From NCBI GenBank assembly GCA_965205855.1, contig OZ242184.1, forward strand, positions 1,184,001 to 1,248,000: a stretch of DNA of 64,000 nt, read 5' to 3'. The notes beneath the pieces were generated by a model. It had not been told where the DNA came from. It worked only from the letters and a program-made list of their open reading frames with translations, and did no database searches. Made by a program: the position numbers and the translations under genes. Shown piece after piece: positions 48,101 to 59,300 of this stretch (the stretch's first letter is position 1; the number at the start of each line of letters is the position of its first letter). This DNA is from Thermodesulfobacteriota bacterium (GTDB taxonomy: Bacteria; Desulfobacterota_D; UBA1144; Nemesobacterales; Mycalebacteriaceae).

Positions 48101-50125
48101 TATTGAACCCTGTCCCGATGCCGTTGAATCCTCTCCGCTCGCCTCTGAATCCTGTCCCACTGCCGTCGAATTAGCTCCGTTGGCCAATGAACTTTGTCCC
48201 GATGCAGATGAATTAACGCCAGATGCCTCAGAATCCTGTCCCACTGCCGATGAACGGGCGCCGTTCGCTATTGAACCCTGTCCCGATGCCGTTGAATCCT
48301 CTCCGCTCGCCTCAGAATCCTGTCCCACTGCCGTCGAATTAGCTCCGTTGGCCAATGAACTTTGTCCCGATGCAGATGAATTAGCTCCGCTCGCCTCTGA
48401 ATCCTGTCCCGATGCCGTCGAATTTACTCCGTTGGCCAGTGAACTTTGTCCCGATGCCGATGAACGGGCGCCGTTCGCTATTGAACCCTGTCCCGATGCC
48501 GTTGAATCCTCTCCGCTCGCCTCTGAATCCTGTCCCACTGCCGTCGAATTAGCTCCGTTGGCCAATGAACTTTGTCCCGATGCAGATGAATTAGCTCCGC
48601 TCGCCTCTGAATCCTGTCCCGATGCCGTCGAATTTACTCCGTTGGCCAGTGAACTTTGTCCCGATGCAGATGAACGGGCGCCGTTCGCTATTGAACCCTG
48701 TCCCGATGCCGTTGAATCCTCTCCGCTCGCCTCTGAATCCTGTCCCACTGCCGTCGAATTAGCTCCGTTGGCCAATGAACTTTGTCCCGATGCAGATGAA
48801 TTAGCTCCGCTCGCCTCTGAATCCTGTCCCACTGCCGTCGAATTTACTCCGTTGGCCAGTGAACTTTGTCCCGATGCCGATGAACGGGCGCCGTTCGCTA
48901 TTGAACCCTGTCCCGATGCCGTGGAATCCTCTCCGCTCGCCTCTGAATCCTGTCCCACTGCCGTCGAATTAGCTCCGTTGGCCAATGAACTTTGTCCCGA
49001 TGCAGATGAATTAACGCCAGATGCCTCAGAATCCTGTCCCACTGCCGATGAACGGGCGCCGTTCGCTATTGAACCCTGTCCCGATGCCGTGGAATCCTCT
49101 CCGCTCGCTTCAGAATCCTGCCCCACTGCCGTCGAATTAGCTCCGTTGGCCAATGAACTTTGTCCCGATGCAGATGAATTAACGCCAGATGCCTCAGAAT
49201 CCTGTCCCACTGCCGATGAACGGACACCGTTCGCTATTGAACCCTGTCCCGATGCCGTTGAATCCTCTCCGCTCGCTTCAGAATCCTGTCCCACTGCCGT
49301 CGAATTAGCTCCGTTGGCCAGTGAACTTTGTCCCGATGCAGATGAATTAACGCCAGATGCCTCAGAATCCTGTCCCACTGCCGATGAACGGGCGCCGTTC
49401 GCTATTGAACCCTGTCCCGATGCCGTTGAATCCTCTCCGCTCGCCTCTGAATCCTGTCCCACTGCCGTCGAATTAGCTCCGTTGGCCAATGAACTTTGTC
49501 CCGATGCAGATGAATTAACGCCAGATGCCTCAGAATCCTGTCCCACTGCCGATGAACGGGCGCCGTTCGCTATTGAACCCTGTCCCGATGCCGTGGAATC
49601 CTCTCCGCTCGCCTCTGAATCCTGTCCCGATGCAGATGAATTAACCCCGCTCGCTGTTGAATCCTGTCCCACTGCCGTTGAATTAACCTCGCTCGCGAAG
49701 GAATCCTGTCCCACTGCCGTTGAATTGACGCTGGACGCGGTTGAACCCTGTCCCGTTGCCGTTGAACGGGCGCCGCTCGCATCAGAACTCTGTCCCACTG
49801 CCGTGGAATCTGTGCCAAACGCGCTTGAACCCTGACCCACTGCCGTTGAATTGGTGCTGAAAGCCCTTGAGGACTTACCCGTTGCCGTTGAATCTACGCC
49901 TTCCGCTATTGAACCCTCTCCCGTTGCCGTTGCATTTGTGGCGGACGCTATTGAACCCGCTCCCGTTGCCGTTGAATTATCGGCGGTCGCGGATGCACCC
50001 AGTCCCGTTTCCGTATTACCTACTACTTGAGCGTCAGCGTCTTTGATACCCAAAAATGCCGCAAAAACTACGGTAAATAATACAAATAACGCCGAATACA
50101 AGCGAAAATTCATTTGGTTACTCAT
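45188..50125 (-). CDS. YadA-like trimeric autotransporter adhesin B (about 1645 aa)
   Basis: AGGAG RBS before ATG 50125; signal peptide ending ADA-Q; about 75 14-aa head repeats; GVAMAAA plus four-strand anchor ending in W. Confidence 0.88.
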   Translation of the reverse strand: MSNQMNFRLYSALFVLFTVVFAAFLGIKDADAQVVGNTETGLGASATADNSTATGAGSIASATNATATGEGSIAEGVDSTATGKSSRAFSTNSTAVGQGSSAFGTDSTAVGQSSDASGARSTATGQGSTASSVNSTAVGQDSFASEVNSTAVGQDSTASGVNSSASGQDSEASGEDSTASGQGSIANGARSSAVGQDSEASGVNSSASGQSSLANGANSTAVGQDSEASGEDSTASGQGSIANGARSSAVGQDSEASGVNSSASGQSSLANGANSTAVGQDSEASGEDSTASGQGSIANGVRSSAVGQDSEASGVNSSASGQSSLANGANSTAVGQDSEASGEDSTASGQGSIANGARSSAVGQDSEASGVNSSASGQSSLANGANSTAVGQDSEASGEDSTASGQGSIANGARSSASGQSSLANGVNSTAVGQDSEASGANSSASGQSSLANGANSTAVGQDSEASGEDSTASGQGSIANGARSSASGQSSLANGVNSTASGQDSEASGANSSASGQSSLANGANSTAVGQDSEASGEDSTASGQGSIANGARSSASGQSSLANGVNSTASGQDSEASGANSSASGQSSLANGANSTAVGQDSEASGEDSTASGQGSIANGARSSAVGQDSEASGVNSSASGQSSLANGANSTAVGQDSEASGEDSTASGQGSIANGVRSSAVGQDSEASGVNSSASGQSSLANGANSTAVGQDSEASGEDSTASGQGSIANGARSSASGQSSLANGVNSTASGQDSEASGANSSASGQSSLANGANSTAVGQDSEASGEDSTASGQGSIANGARSSASGQSSLANGVNSTASGQDSEASGANSSASGQSSLANGANSTAVGQDSEASGEDSTASGQGSIANGVRSSASGQDSEASGVNSSASGQSSLANGANSTAVGQDSEASGEDSTASGQGSIANGARSSAVGQDSEASGVNSSASGQSSLANGANSTASGQDSEASGEDSTASGQGSIANGARSSASGQSSLANGVNSTAVGQDSEASGEDSTASGQGSIANGIRSTASGQSSLANGANSTAVGQDSEASGEDSTVLGQDSNASGVRSTAVGQDSIVSGTNSTVVGQGAVSSGSHADAFGRGTETSRDYSQKFAKNASGRSADGSGTPTEADSTYTFTGLGLFEEKVYITQASTPGSNPDFSPSRNIHDSTLGDFQDRRDRSFETAGATRVVTVLPDGTLQTADFGFDGIDDLVGDEGPETLKRRVRAEIASVGGVTAANDVARTAQEAYVAGLEDYLADSEFKKHDEIEEQRVEVEQLQQQWVAAQGSSNASLFNSETNNLSLRPTTNPNGSLLSRTENLYEGVGASDFQRQRLADTDDETTRLGDRYITLQDQLNTLEPDGNTTRYGSALRAQAGSFLGDVNGTGIDREGDLYEQLRYYEAQEANGFDVGGVLGTDIPSNNIPSTIGNFDSNGDGWVSRGEIEEGIEGLTVRERISIVGYLSGVTDAELDTLQSGAEIDSARNFDEIRTIEEYIAAATAETEYRRPRNVDEFITQEGQEQLSPETLEALRQSPFGSEPKRYGDLYERNAWVQDKVDQHDRQISGLVRGVAMAAAIDAAHLDKDDRIGLDVNFSEYEGEYGMAGSFGMRVNDTIQVHLGGATTSEFQDKIFKTGFKLRW
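45444..46990. repeat. About 1.5-kb near-identical duplication, copy in adhesin B (partner about 50567-52113, offset 5123)
   Basis: Direct comparison: a few isolated SNPs plus one divergent patch of about 55 bp. Confidence 0.9.
46840..50010 (-). repeat. Tandem 42-bp coding repeats (14-aa YadA-head type)
   Basis: Units such as ASGQDSEASGEDST, ASGQGSIANGARSS, ASGQSSLANGANST. Confidence 0.95.
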
Positions 50126-50310
50126 AATAGCTCCTATGTCCTTACTATGATTTTTTTTCATGCCGTTTAGGGCGTATTTGTATACCAAACGGAGAAAAAT
50201 GTCAACTGTTCTTTTTGAAGATATACGCACCTGATTAGACATTGCTTTTCTGGCATGACCACCATTCTTGATATTTTTACGGGAGACACTTTCGGACAGA
50301 TACATCCACC

Positions 50311-53300
50311 TTACCAATTTAAAGTCAGTCCGGTTCTTACAATCCTGTCCTGAAATTCACTTGTCGTGGCTCCCGCGAAATGAACCTGAAGCGCATTGTT
50401 TACCCTTATCCCGAAACTTCCCGCCATTCCGTATTCGCCTCTGTATTCCGAGAAGTTAAGATCCAGAGCGGAGCGGTCTCCCTTGGCGATGGTTGATGTC
50501 CTCATTGCCGCGGACATTGCCACGCCTCTTCTCAAGTTTCCCAGTTCAAGCCCGTATTCGTCAATCTTGTCCTGCACCCATGCGTTACGCTCATACAGGT
50601 CGCCGTATCTTTTCGGCTCGCTTCCAAACGGGGACTGCCGCAACGCCTCAAGCGTCTCCGGAGAAAGCTGCTCCTGACCTTCCTGTGTAATAAACTCGTC
50701 CACATTCCTCGGACGACGGTACTCTGTCTCCGCTGTCGCGGCGGCTATGTATTCCTCTATCGTTCTTATCTCGTCAAAGTTGCGCGCGCTGTCTATTTCC
50801 GCTCCCGACTGCAAAGTATCCAACTCAGCATCCGTGACACCGCTCAGATAACCAACAATAGAAATCCTCTCTCTCACCGTAAGACCCTCAATACCTTCCT
50901 CTATCTCGCCACGGCTTACCCAGCCGTCTCCGTTTGAGTCAAAATTACCGATTGTGGAGGGAATGTTGTTAGACGGTATATCAGTTCCGAGAACTCCACC
51001 GACGTCAAAGCCGTTCGCTTCCTGCGCTTCGTAGTATCTCAGCTGCTCATACAAATCCCCTTCCCTGTCTATCCCCGTGCCGTTCACGTCGCCGAGAAAA
51101 CTGCCCGCTTGCGCGCGGAGGGCGCTACCGTAGCGAGTCGTGTTTCCGTCCGGTTCAAGAGTATTCAGCTGATCCTGAAGAGTTATGTATCTGTCGCCGA
51201 GACGGGTTGTCTCATCATCTGTGTCCGCCAGTCTCTGCCTCTGAAAATCGGATGCGCCCACTCCTTCATACAGGTTCTCTGTCCGTGAAAGCAATGACCC
51301 GTTCGGATTCGTTGTCGGCCTCAAAGAAAGGTTGTTTGTCTCAGAGTTAAACAGACTCGCATTAGAAGAACCCTGAGCCGCAACCCATTGCTGTTGAAGC
51401 TGCTCCACTTCCACGCGTTGCTCCTCAATCTCATCGTGTTTCTTGAACTCGCTGTCTGCAAGGTAGTCTTCCAAACCCGCAACATACGCCTCCTGCGCGG
51501 TTCGTGCCACATCATTTGCCGCAGTTACGCCACCAACAGAAGCAATTTCCGCTCTGACCCTCCGTTTCAATGTCTCCGGACCCTCGTCGCCAACCAAATC
51601 GTCAATCCCGTCAAAACCGAAATCAGCCGTTTGCAGTGTCCCGTCCGGCAGAACCGTTACCACTCTTGTCGCTCCCGCAGTCTCAAACGAGCGGTCTCTT
51701 CTGTCCTGAAAATCACCAAGCGTGGAGTCGTGAATGTTCTGCGTCGGGCTGAAAACCGGAGCGCCGGTGGCTGTCGAGTTTTGTGTGATATATGCTTTCT
51801 CCTCAAACAGACCAAGACCCGTAAACGCGTATGTGCTGTCCGCCTCGGTTGGCGTTCCGCTTCCGTCTGCCGACCGTCCGGAGGCGTTCTTTGCAAACTT
51901 CTGCGAATAATCCCTGCTGGTTTCGGTCCCTCGTCCGAAAGCGTCTGCATGGCTGCCGCTTGAAACCGCACCCTGACCCACTACCGTAGAATTGGTGCCC
52001 GAAACTATCGAATCCTGTCCCACTGCCGTTGAACGGACACCGCTCGCGTTTGAATCTTGTCCCAATACTGTTGAATCCTCTCCGCTCGCCTCAGAATCCT
52101 GTCCCACTGCCGTTGAGTTTACTCCGTTGGCCAGTGAACTCTGTCCCGATGCCGTTGAGCGTATGCCGTTCGCTATTGAACCCTGTCCCGATGCCGTTGA
52201 ATCCTCTCCGCTCGCCTCAGAATCCTGTCCCACTGCCGATGAATCCTCTCCGCTCGCCTCAGAATCCTGTCCCACTGCCGTCGAATTAGCTCCGTTGGCC
52301 AATGAACTTTGTCCCGATGCCGATGAACGGGCGCCGTTCGCTATTGAACCCTGTCCCGATGCCGTGGAATCCTCTCCGCTCGCTTCAGAATCCTGTCCCA
52401 CTGCCGATGAATTAGCTCCGCTCGCCTCAGAATCCTGTCCCGATGCCGTCGAATTTACTCCGTTGGCCAGTGAACTTTGTCCCGATGCCGATGAATTAAC
52501 GCCAGACGCCTCAGAATCCTGTCCCGATGCCGATGAACGGACACCGTTCGCTATTGAACCCTGTCCCGATGCCGTTGAATCCTCTCCGCTCGCTTCAGAA
52601 TCCTGCCCCACTGCCGTCGAATTAGCTCCGTTGGCCAGTGAACTTTGTCCCGATGCAGATGAATTAACGCCAGATGCCTCAGAATCCTGTCCCGATGCCG
52701 ATGAACGGACACCGTTCGCTATTGAACCCTGTCCCGATGCCGTTGAATCCTCTCCGCTCGCTTCAGAATCCTGTCCCACTGCCGATGAATTAGCTCCGCT
52801 CGCCTCAGAATCCTGTCCCGATGCCGTCGAATTTACTCCGTTGGCCAGTGAACTTTGTCCCGATGCCGATGAATTAACGCCAGACGCCTCAGAATCCTGT
52901 CCCGATGCCGATGAACGGACACCGTTCGCTATTGAACCCTGTCCCGATGCCGTTGAATCCTCTCCGCTCGCTTCAGAATCCTGCCCCACTGCCGTCGAAT
53001 TAGCTCCGTTGGCCAGTGAACTTTGTCCCGATGCCGATGAATTAACGCCAGATGCCTCAGAATCCTGTCCCGATGCCGATGAACGGGCGCCGTTCGCTAT
53101 TGAACCCTGTCCCGATGCCGTGGAATCCTCTCCGCTCGCCTCAGAATCCTGTCCCACTGCCGTCGAATTAGCTCCGTTGGCCAATGAACTTTGTCCCGAT
53201 GCAGATGAATTAACGCCAGATGCCTCAGAATCCTGTCCCGATGCCGATGAACGGACACCGTTCGCTATTGAACCCTGTCCCGATGCCGTTGAATCCTCTC

Positions 53301-56300
53301 CGCTCGCTTCAGAATCCTGCCCCACTGCCGTCGAATTAGCTCCGTTGGCCAGTGAACTTTGTCCCGATGCAGATGAATTAACGCCAGATGCCTCAGAATC
53401 CTGTCCCACTGCCGATGAACGGGCGCCGTTCGCTATTGAACCCTGTCCCGATGCCGTTGAATCCTCTCCGCTCGCCTCAGAATCCTGTCCCACTGCCGAT
53501 GAATTAGCTCCGTTGGCCAATGAACTTTGTCCCGATGCAGATGAATTAGCTCCGCTCGCTTCAGAATCCTGTCCCACTGCCGTCGAATTTACTCCGTTGG
53601 CCAGTGAACTTTGTCCCGATGCCGATGAACGGGCGCCGTTCGCTATTGAACCCTGTCCCGATGCCGTTGAATCCTCTCCGCTCGCCTCTGAATCCTGTCC
53701 CACTGCCGTCGAATTAGCTCCGTTGGCCAATGAACTTTGTCCCGATGCAGATGAATTAACGCCAGATGCCTCAGAATCCTGTCCCACTGCCGATGAACGG
53801 GCGCCGTTCGCTATTGAACCCTGTCCCGATGCCGTGGAATCCTCTCCGCTCGCTTCAGAATCCTGCCCCACTGCCGTCGAATTAGCTCCGTTGGCCAGTG
53901 AACTTTGTCCCGATGCAGATGAATTAACGCCAGATGCCTCAGAATCCTGTCCCACTGCCGATGAACGGGCGCCGTTCGCTATTGAACCCTGTCCCGATGC
54001 CGTTGAATCCTCTCCGCTCGCCTCAGAATCCTGTCCCACTGCCGATGAATTAGCTCCGTTGGCCAATGAACTTTGTCCCGATGCAGATGAATTAGCTCCG
54101 CTCGCTTCAGAATCCTGTCCCACTGCCGTCGAATTTACTCCGTTGGCCAGTGAACTTTGTCCCGATGCCGATGAACGGGCGCCGTTCGCTATTGAACCCT
54201 GTCCCGATGCCGTTGAATCCTCTCCGCTCGCCTCTGAATCCTGTCCCACTGCCGTCGAATTAGCTCCGTTGGCCAATGAACTTTGTCCCGATGCAGATGA
54301 ATTAACGCCAGATGCCTCAGAATCCTGTCCCACTGCCGATGAACGGGCGCCGTTCGCTATTGAACCCTGTCCCGATGCCGTTGAATCCTCTCCGCTCGCC
54401 TCAGAATCCTGTCCCACTGCCGTCGAATTAGCTCCGTTGGCCAATGAACTTTGTCCCGATGCAGATGAATTAGCTCCGCTCGCCTCTGAATCCTGTCCCG
54501 ATGCCGTCGAATTTACTCCGTTGGCCAGTGAACTTTGTCCCGATGCAGATGAACGGGCGCCGTTCGCTATTGAACCCTGTCCCGATGCCGTTGAATCCTC
54601 TCCGCTCGCTTCAGAATCCTGCCCCACTGCCGTCGAATTAGCTCCGTTGGCCAGTGAACTTTGTCCCGATGCAGATGAATTAACGCCAGATGCCTCAGAA
54701 TCCTGTCCCGATGCCGATGAACGGACACCGTTCGCTATTGAACCCTGTCCCGATGCCGTGGAATCCTCTCCGCTCGCCTCAGAATCCTGTCCCACTGCCG
54801 TCGAATTAGCTCCGTTGGCCAGTGAACTTTGTCCCGATGCAGATGAATTAACGCCAGATGCCTCAGAATCCTGTCCCACTGCCGATGAACGGGCGCCGTT
54901 CGCTATTGAACCCTGTCCCGATGCCGTTGAATCCTCTCCGCTCGCCTCAGAATCCTGTCCCACTGCCGATGAATTAGCTCCGTTGGCCAATGAACTTTGT
55001 CCCGATGCAGATGAATTAGCTCCGCTCGCTTCAGAATCCTGTCCCACTGCCGTCGAATTTACTCCGTTGGCCAGTGAACTTTGTCCCGATGCCGATGAAC
55101 GGGCGCCGTTCGCTATTGAACCCTGTCCCGATGCCGTGGAATCCTCTCCGCTCGCCTCAGAATCCTGTCCCACTGCCGTCGAATTAGCTCCGTTGGCCAA
55201 TGAACTTTGTCCCGATGCAGATGAATTAACGCCAGATGCCTCAGAATCCTGTCCCACTGCCGTCGAATTAGCTCCGTTGGCCAATGAACTTTGTCCCGAT
55301 GCAGATGAATTAACGCCAGATGCCTCAGAATCCTGTCCCACTGCCGATGAACGGGCGCCGTTCGCTATTGAACCCTGTCCCGATGCCGTTGAATCCTCTC
55401 CGCTCGCTTCAGAATCCTGTCCCACTGCCGTTGAATTAGCTCCGTTGGCCAGTGAACTTTGTCCCGATGCCGATGAATTAACCCCGCTCGCCTCAGAATC
55501 CTGTCCCGTTGCTGTTGAATTATCTCCGCTCGCAAGTGAACTCTGTCCCGATGCCGATGAACGGGCACCGTTCGCTATTGAACCCTGTCCCGATGCCGTT
55601 GAATCCTCTCCGCTCGCTTCAGAATCCTGTCCCGATGCCGATGAATTAACCCCGCTCGCTCTTGAACCCTGTCCCGATGCCGTTGAATTATCTCCGCTCG
55701 CAAGTGAATTCTGTCCCGATGCCGATGAATTAACCCCGCTCGCACTTGAATCCTGTCCCGATGCCGTTGAATTATCTCCGCTCGCAAGTGAATTCTGTCC
55801 CGATGCCGTTGAATCCTCTCCGCTCGCCTCAGAATCCTGTCCCACTGCCGATGAATTAGCTCCGCTCGCTTCAGAATCCTGTCCCGTTGCTGTTGAATTA
55901 TCTCCGCTCGCAAGTGAACTTTGTCCCGATGCCGATGAACGGGCACCGTTCGCTATTGAACCCTGTCCCGATGCCGTTGAATCCACGCCGCTCGCCTCAG
56001 AATCCTGTCCCGATGCCGATGAATTAACCCCGCTCGCTTCTGAATCCTGTCCCGTTGCTGTGGAACGGGCGCCGGACGCGTTTGAATTCTGTCCCACTGC
56101 CGTTGAATCCACACCGGACGCTTCTGAATCCTGTCCCGTTGCTGTTGAATTATCTCCGCTCGCAAGTGAACTTTGTCCCGATGCCGATGAATTAACCCCG
56201 CTCGCTTCTGAATCCTGTCCCGTTGCCGTAGAACGGACACCGTTCGCTATTGAACCCTGTCCCGATGCCGTTGAATCCTCTCCGCTCGCTTCAGAATCCT

Positions 56301-59300
56301 GTCCCACTGCTGTTGAATTATCTCCGCTCGCAAGTGAACTCTGTCCCGATGCCGATGAACGGGCGCCGTTCGCTATTGAACCCTGTCCCGATGCCGTTGA
56401 ATCCTCTCCGCTCGCCTCAGAATCCTGTCCCACTGCCGTCGAATTAGCTCCGTTGGCCAATGAACTTTGTCCCGATGCAGATGAATTAACGCCAGATGCC
56501 TCAGAATCCTGTCCCGATGCCGATGAACGGACACCGTTCGCTATTGAACCCTGTCCCGATGCCGTTGAATCCTCTCCGCTCGCTTCAGAATCCTGCCCCA
56601 CTGCCGTCGAATTAGCTCCGTTGGCCAGTGAACTTTGTCCCGATGCAGATGAATTAACGCCAGATGCCTCAGAATCCTGTCCCGATGCCGATGAACGGGC
56701 GCCGTTCGCTATTGAACCCTGTCCCGATGCCGTGGAATCCTCTCCGCTCGCCTCAGAATCCTGTCCCACTGCCGTCGAATTAGCTCCGTTGGCCAATGAA
56801 CTTTGTCCCGATGCAGATGAATTAACGCCAGATGCCTCAGAATCCTGTCCCGATGCCGATGAATTAACGCCAGACGCCTCAGAATCCTGTCCCACTGCCG
56901 TTGAGTTTACTCCGTTGGCCAGTGAATTCTGTCCCGATGCCGTGGAATTAGCTCCGCTCGCTTCAGAATTCTGTCCCGATGCCGATGAATTAGCTCCGCT
57001 CGCTGTTGAATCCTGTCCCGTTGCTGTTGAATTATCTCCGCTCGCAAGTGAACTCTGTCCCGATGCCGATGAACGGGCACCGTTCGCTATTGAACCCTGT
57101 CCCACTGCCGTGGAATCCTCTCCGATCGCTATAGAATCCTGTCCTGTTGCCGTGGAACGGGTGCCGGCCGCGGCTGAATTCTGTCCCACTGCCGTGGAAT
57201 CCTCTCCGATCGCAAATGAATCCTGTCCCGATGCCGTTGAATTAACCCCGCTCGCTGTTGAATCCTGTCCCGATGCCGATGAATTAACGCCAGACGCCTC
57301 AGAATCCTGTCCCGATGCCGTTGAGCGTATGCCGTTCGCTATTGAACCCTGTCCCGATGCCGTTGAATCCTCTCCGCTCGCTTCAGAATCCTGTCCCACT
57401 GCCGATGAATTAGCTCCGCTCGCTGTTGAATCCTGTCCCGTTGCTGTTGAATTAGCTCCGTTGGCCAATGAACTTTGTCCCGATGCCGATGAATTAACCC
57501 CGCTCGCTTCTGAATCCTGTCCCGTTGCCGTAGAACGGGCGCCGGACGCGTTTGAATTCTGTCCCACTGCCGTTGAATCCACGCCGGACGCGTTTGAATC
57601 CTGCCCCGTTGCTGTTGAATTATCTCCGCTCGCAAGTGAACTTTGTCCCGATGCCGATGAACGGGCACCGTTCGCTATTGAACCCTGTCCCGATGCCGTT
57701 GAATCCTCTCCGCTCGCCTCAGAATCCTGTCCCGTTGCCGTTGAGTTTACTCCGTTGGCCAATGAACTCTGTCCCGATGCCGATGAATTAACCCCGCTCG
57801 CTGTTGAATCCTGTCCCACTGCCGTTGAATTATCTCCGCTCGCTTCAGAATTCTGTCCCGATGCCGATGAATTAGCTCCGCTCGCTGTTGAATCCTGTCC
57901 CGTTGCTGTTGAATTATCTCCGCTCGCAAGTGAACTCTGTCCCGATGCCGATGAACGGGCACCGTTCGCTATTGAACCCTGTCCCGATGCCGTTGAATCC
58001 TCTCCGCTCGCCTCAGAATCCTGTCCCACTGCCGATGAATTAGCTCCGCTCGCTTCAGAATCCTGTCCCGTTGCTGTTGAATTATCTCCGCTCGCAAGTG
58101 AACTTTGTCCCGATGCCGATGAACGGGCGCCGAGCGCTATTGAACCCTGTCCCGATGCCGTGGAATCCTCTCCGCTCGCGAAGGAATCCTGTCCCGATGC
58201 TGTTGAATTTACTCCGTTGGCCAGTGAACTCTGTCCCGATGCCGATGAATTAACCCCGCTCGCTGTTGAATCCTGTCCCACTGCCGTTGAATTATCTCCG
58301 CTCGCCTCAGAATTCTGTCCCGATGCCGTTGAATTAGTTCCGCTCGCTTCAGAATCCTGTCCCGATGCCGTGGAATTATCTCCGAACGCATCAGAACTCT
58401 GTCCCACTGCCGATGAATTATCTCCTCTCGCACTTGAACCCTGTCCCGATGCCGTGGAATTATCTCCGAGCGCTATTGAATCCTCTCCCGTTGCCGTTGA
58501 ATTATCTCCGGCCGTTGAATTATCTCCGCTCGCTATTGAACCCTGTCCCGTTGCCGTTGAACGGGCGCCGCTCGCACTTGAATCCTGTCCCACTGCCGTT
58601 GAAGCTGCTCCGCTCGCTGTTGAATCCTGTCCCACTGCCGTTGAATTATCTCCGCTCGCTTCAGAATTCTGTCCCGATGCCGATGAATTAGCTCCGCTCG
58701 CTGTTGAATCCTGTCCCGTTGCTGTTGAATTATCTCCGCTCGCAAGTGAACTCTGTCCCGATGCCGATGAACGGGCACCGTTCGCTATTGAACCCTGTCC
58801 CACTGCCGTGGAATCCTCTCCGATCGCTATAGAATCCTGTCCTGTTGCCGTGGAACGGGTGCCGGCCGCGGCTGAATTCTGTCCCACTGCCGTGGAATCC
58901 TCTCCGATCGCAAATGAATCCTGTCCCGATGCCGTTGAATTAACCCCGCTCGCTGTTGAATCCTGTCCCGATGCCGATGAATTAACGCCAGACGCCTCAG
59001 AATCCTGTCCCGATGCCGTTGAGCGTATGCCGTTCGCTATTGAACCCTGTCCCGATGCCGTTGAATCCTCTCCGCTCGCTTCAGAATCCTGTCCCGATGC
59101 CGATGAATTAACCCCGCTCGCCTCAGAATCCTGTCCCGTTGCCGTTGAACGGGCGCCGCTCGCTCTTGAATTCTGTCCCACTGCCGTTGAATCCACGCCG
59201 GTCGCGGTTGAATCCTCTCCCGTTGCCGTTGAGTTTCTTGCGCTCGCTAGCGAATTCGCTCCCGTTGCCGTTGAATTTGTGCCGGACGCGGTTGAATCCC

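Noticed and set aside
50126-50317. N-terminal extension of adhesin B in the ORF track (start 50317)
   Set aside because: AGGAG RBS and signal peptide support ATG 50125; the extension contains a TTGACA promoter-like element.
45444-52113. Diversity-generating retroelement TR/VR pair
   Set aside because: No reverse transcriptase in the window; the differences are not adenine-specific and both copies are coding.
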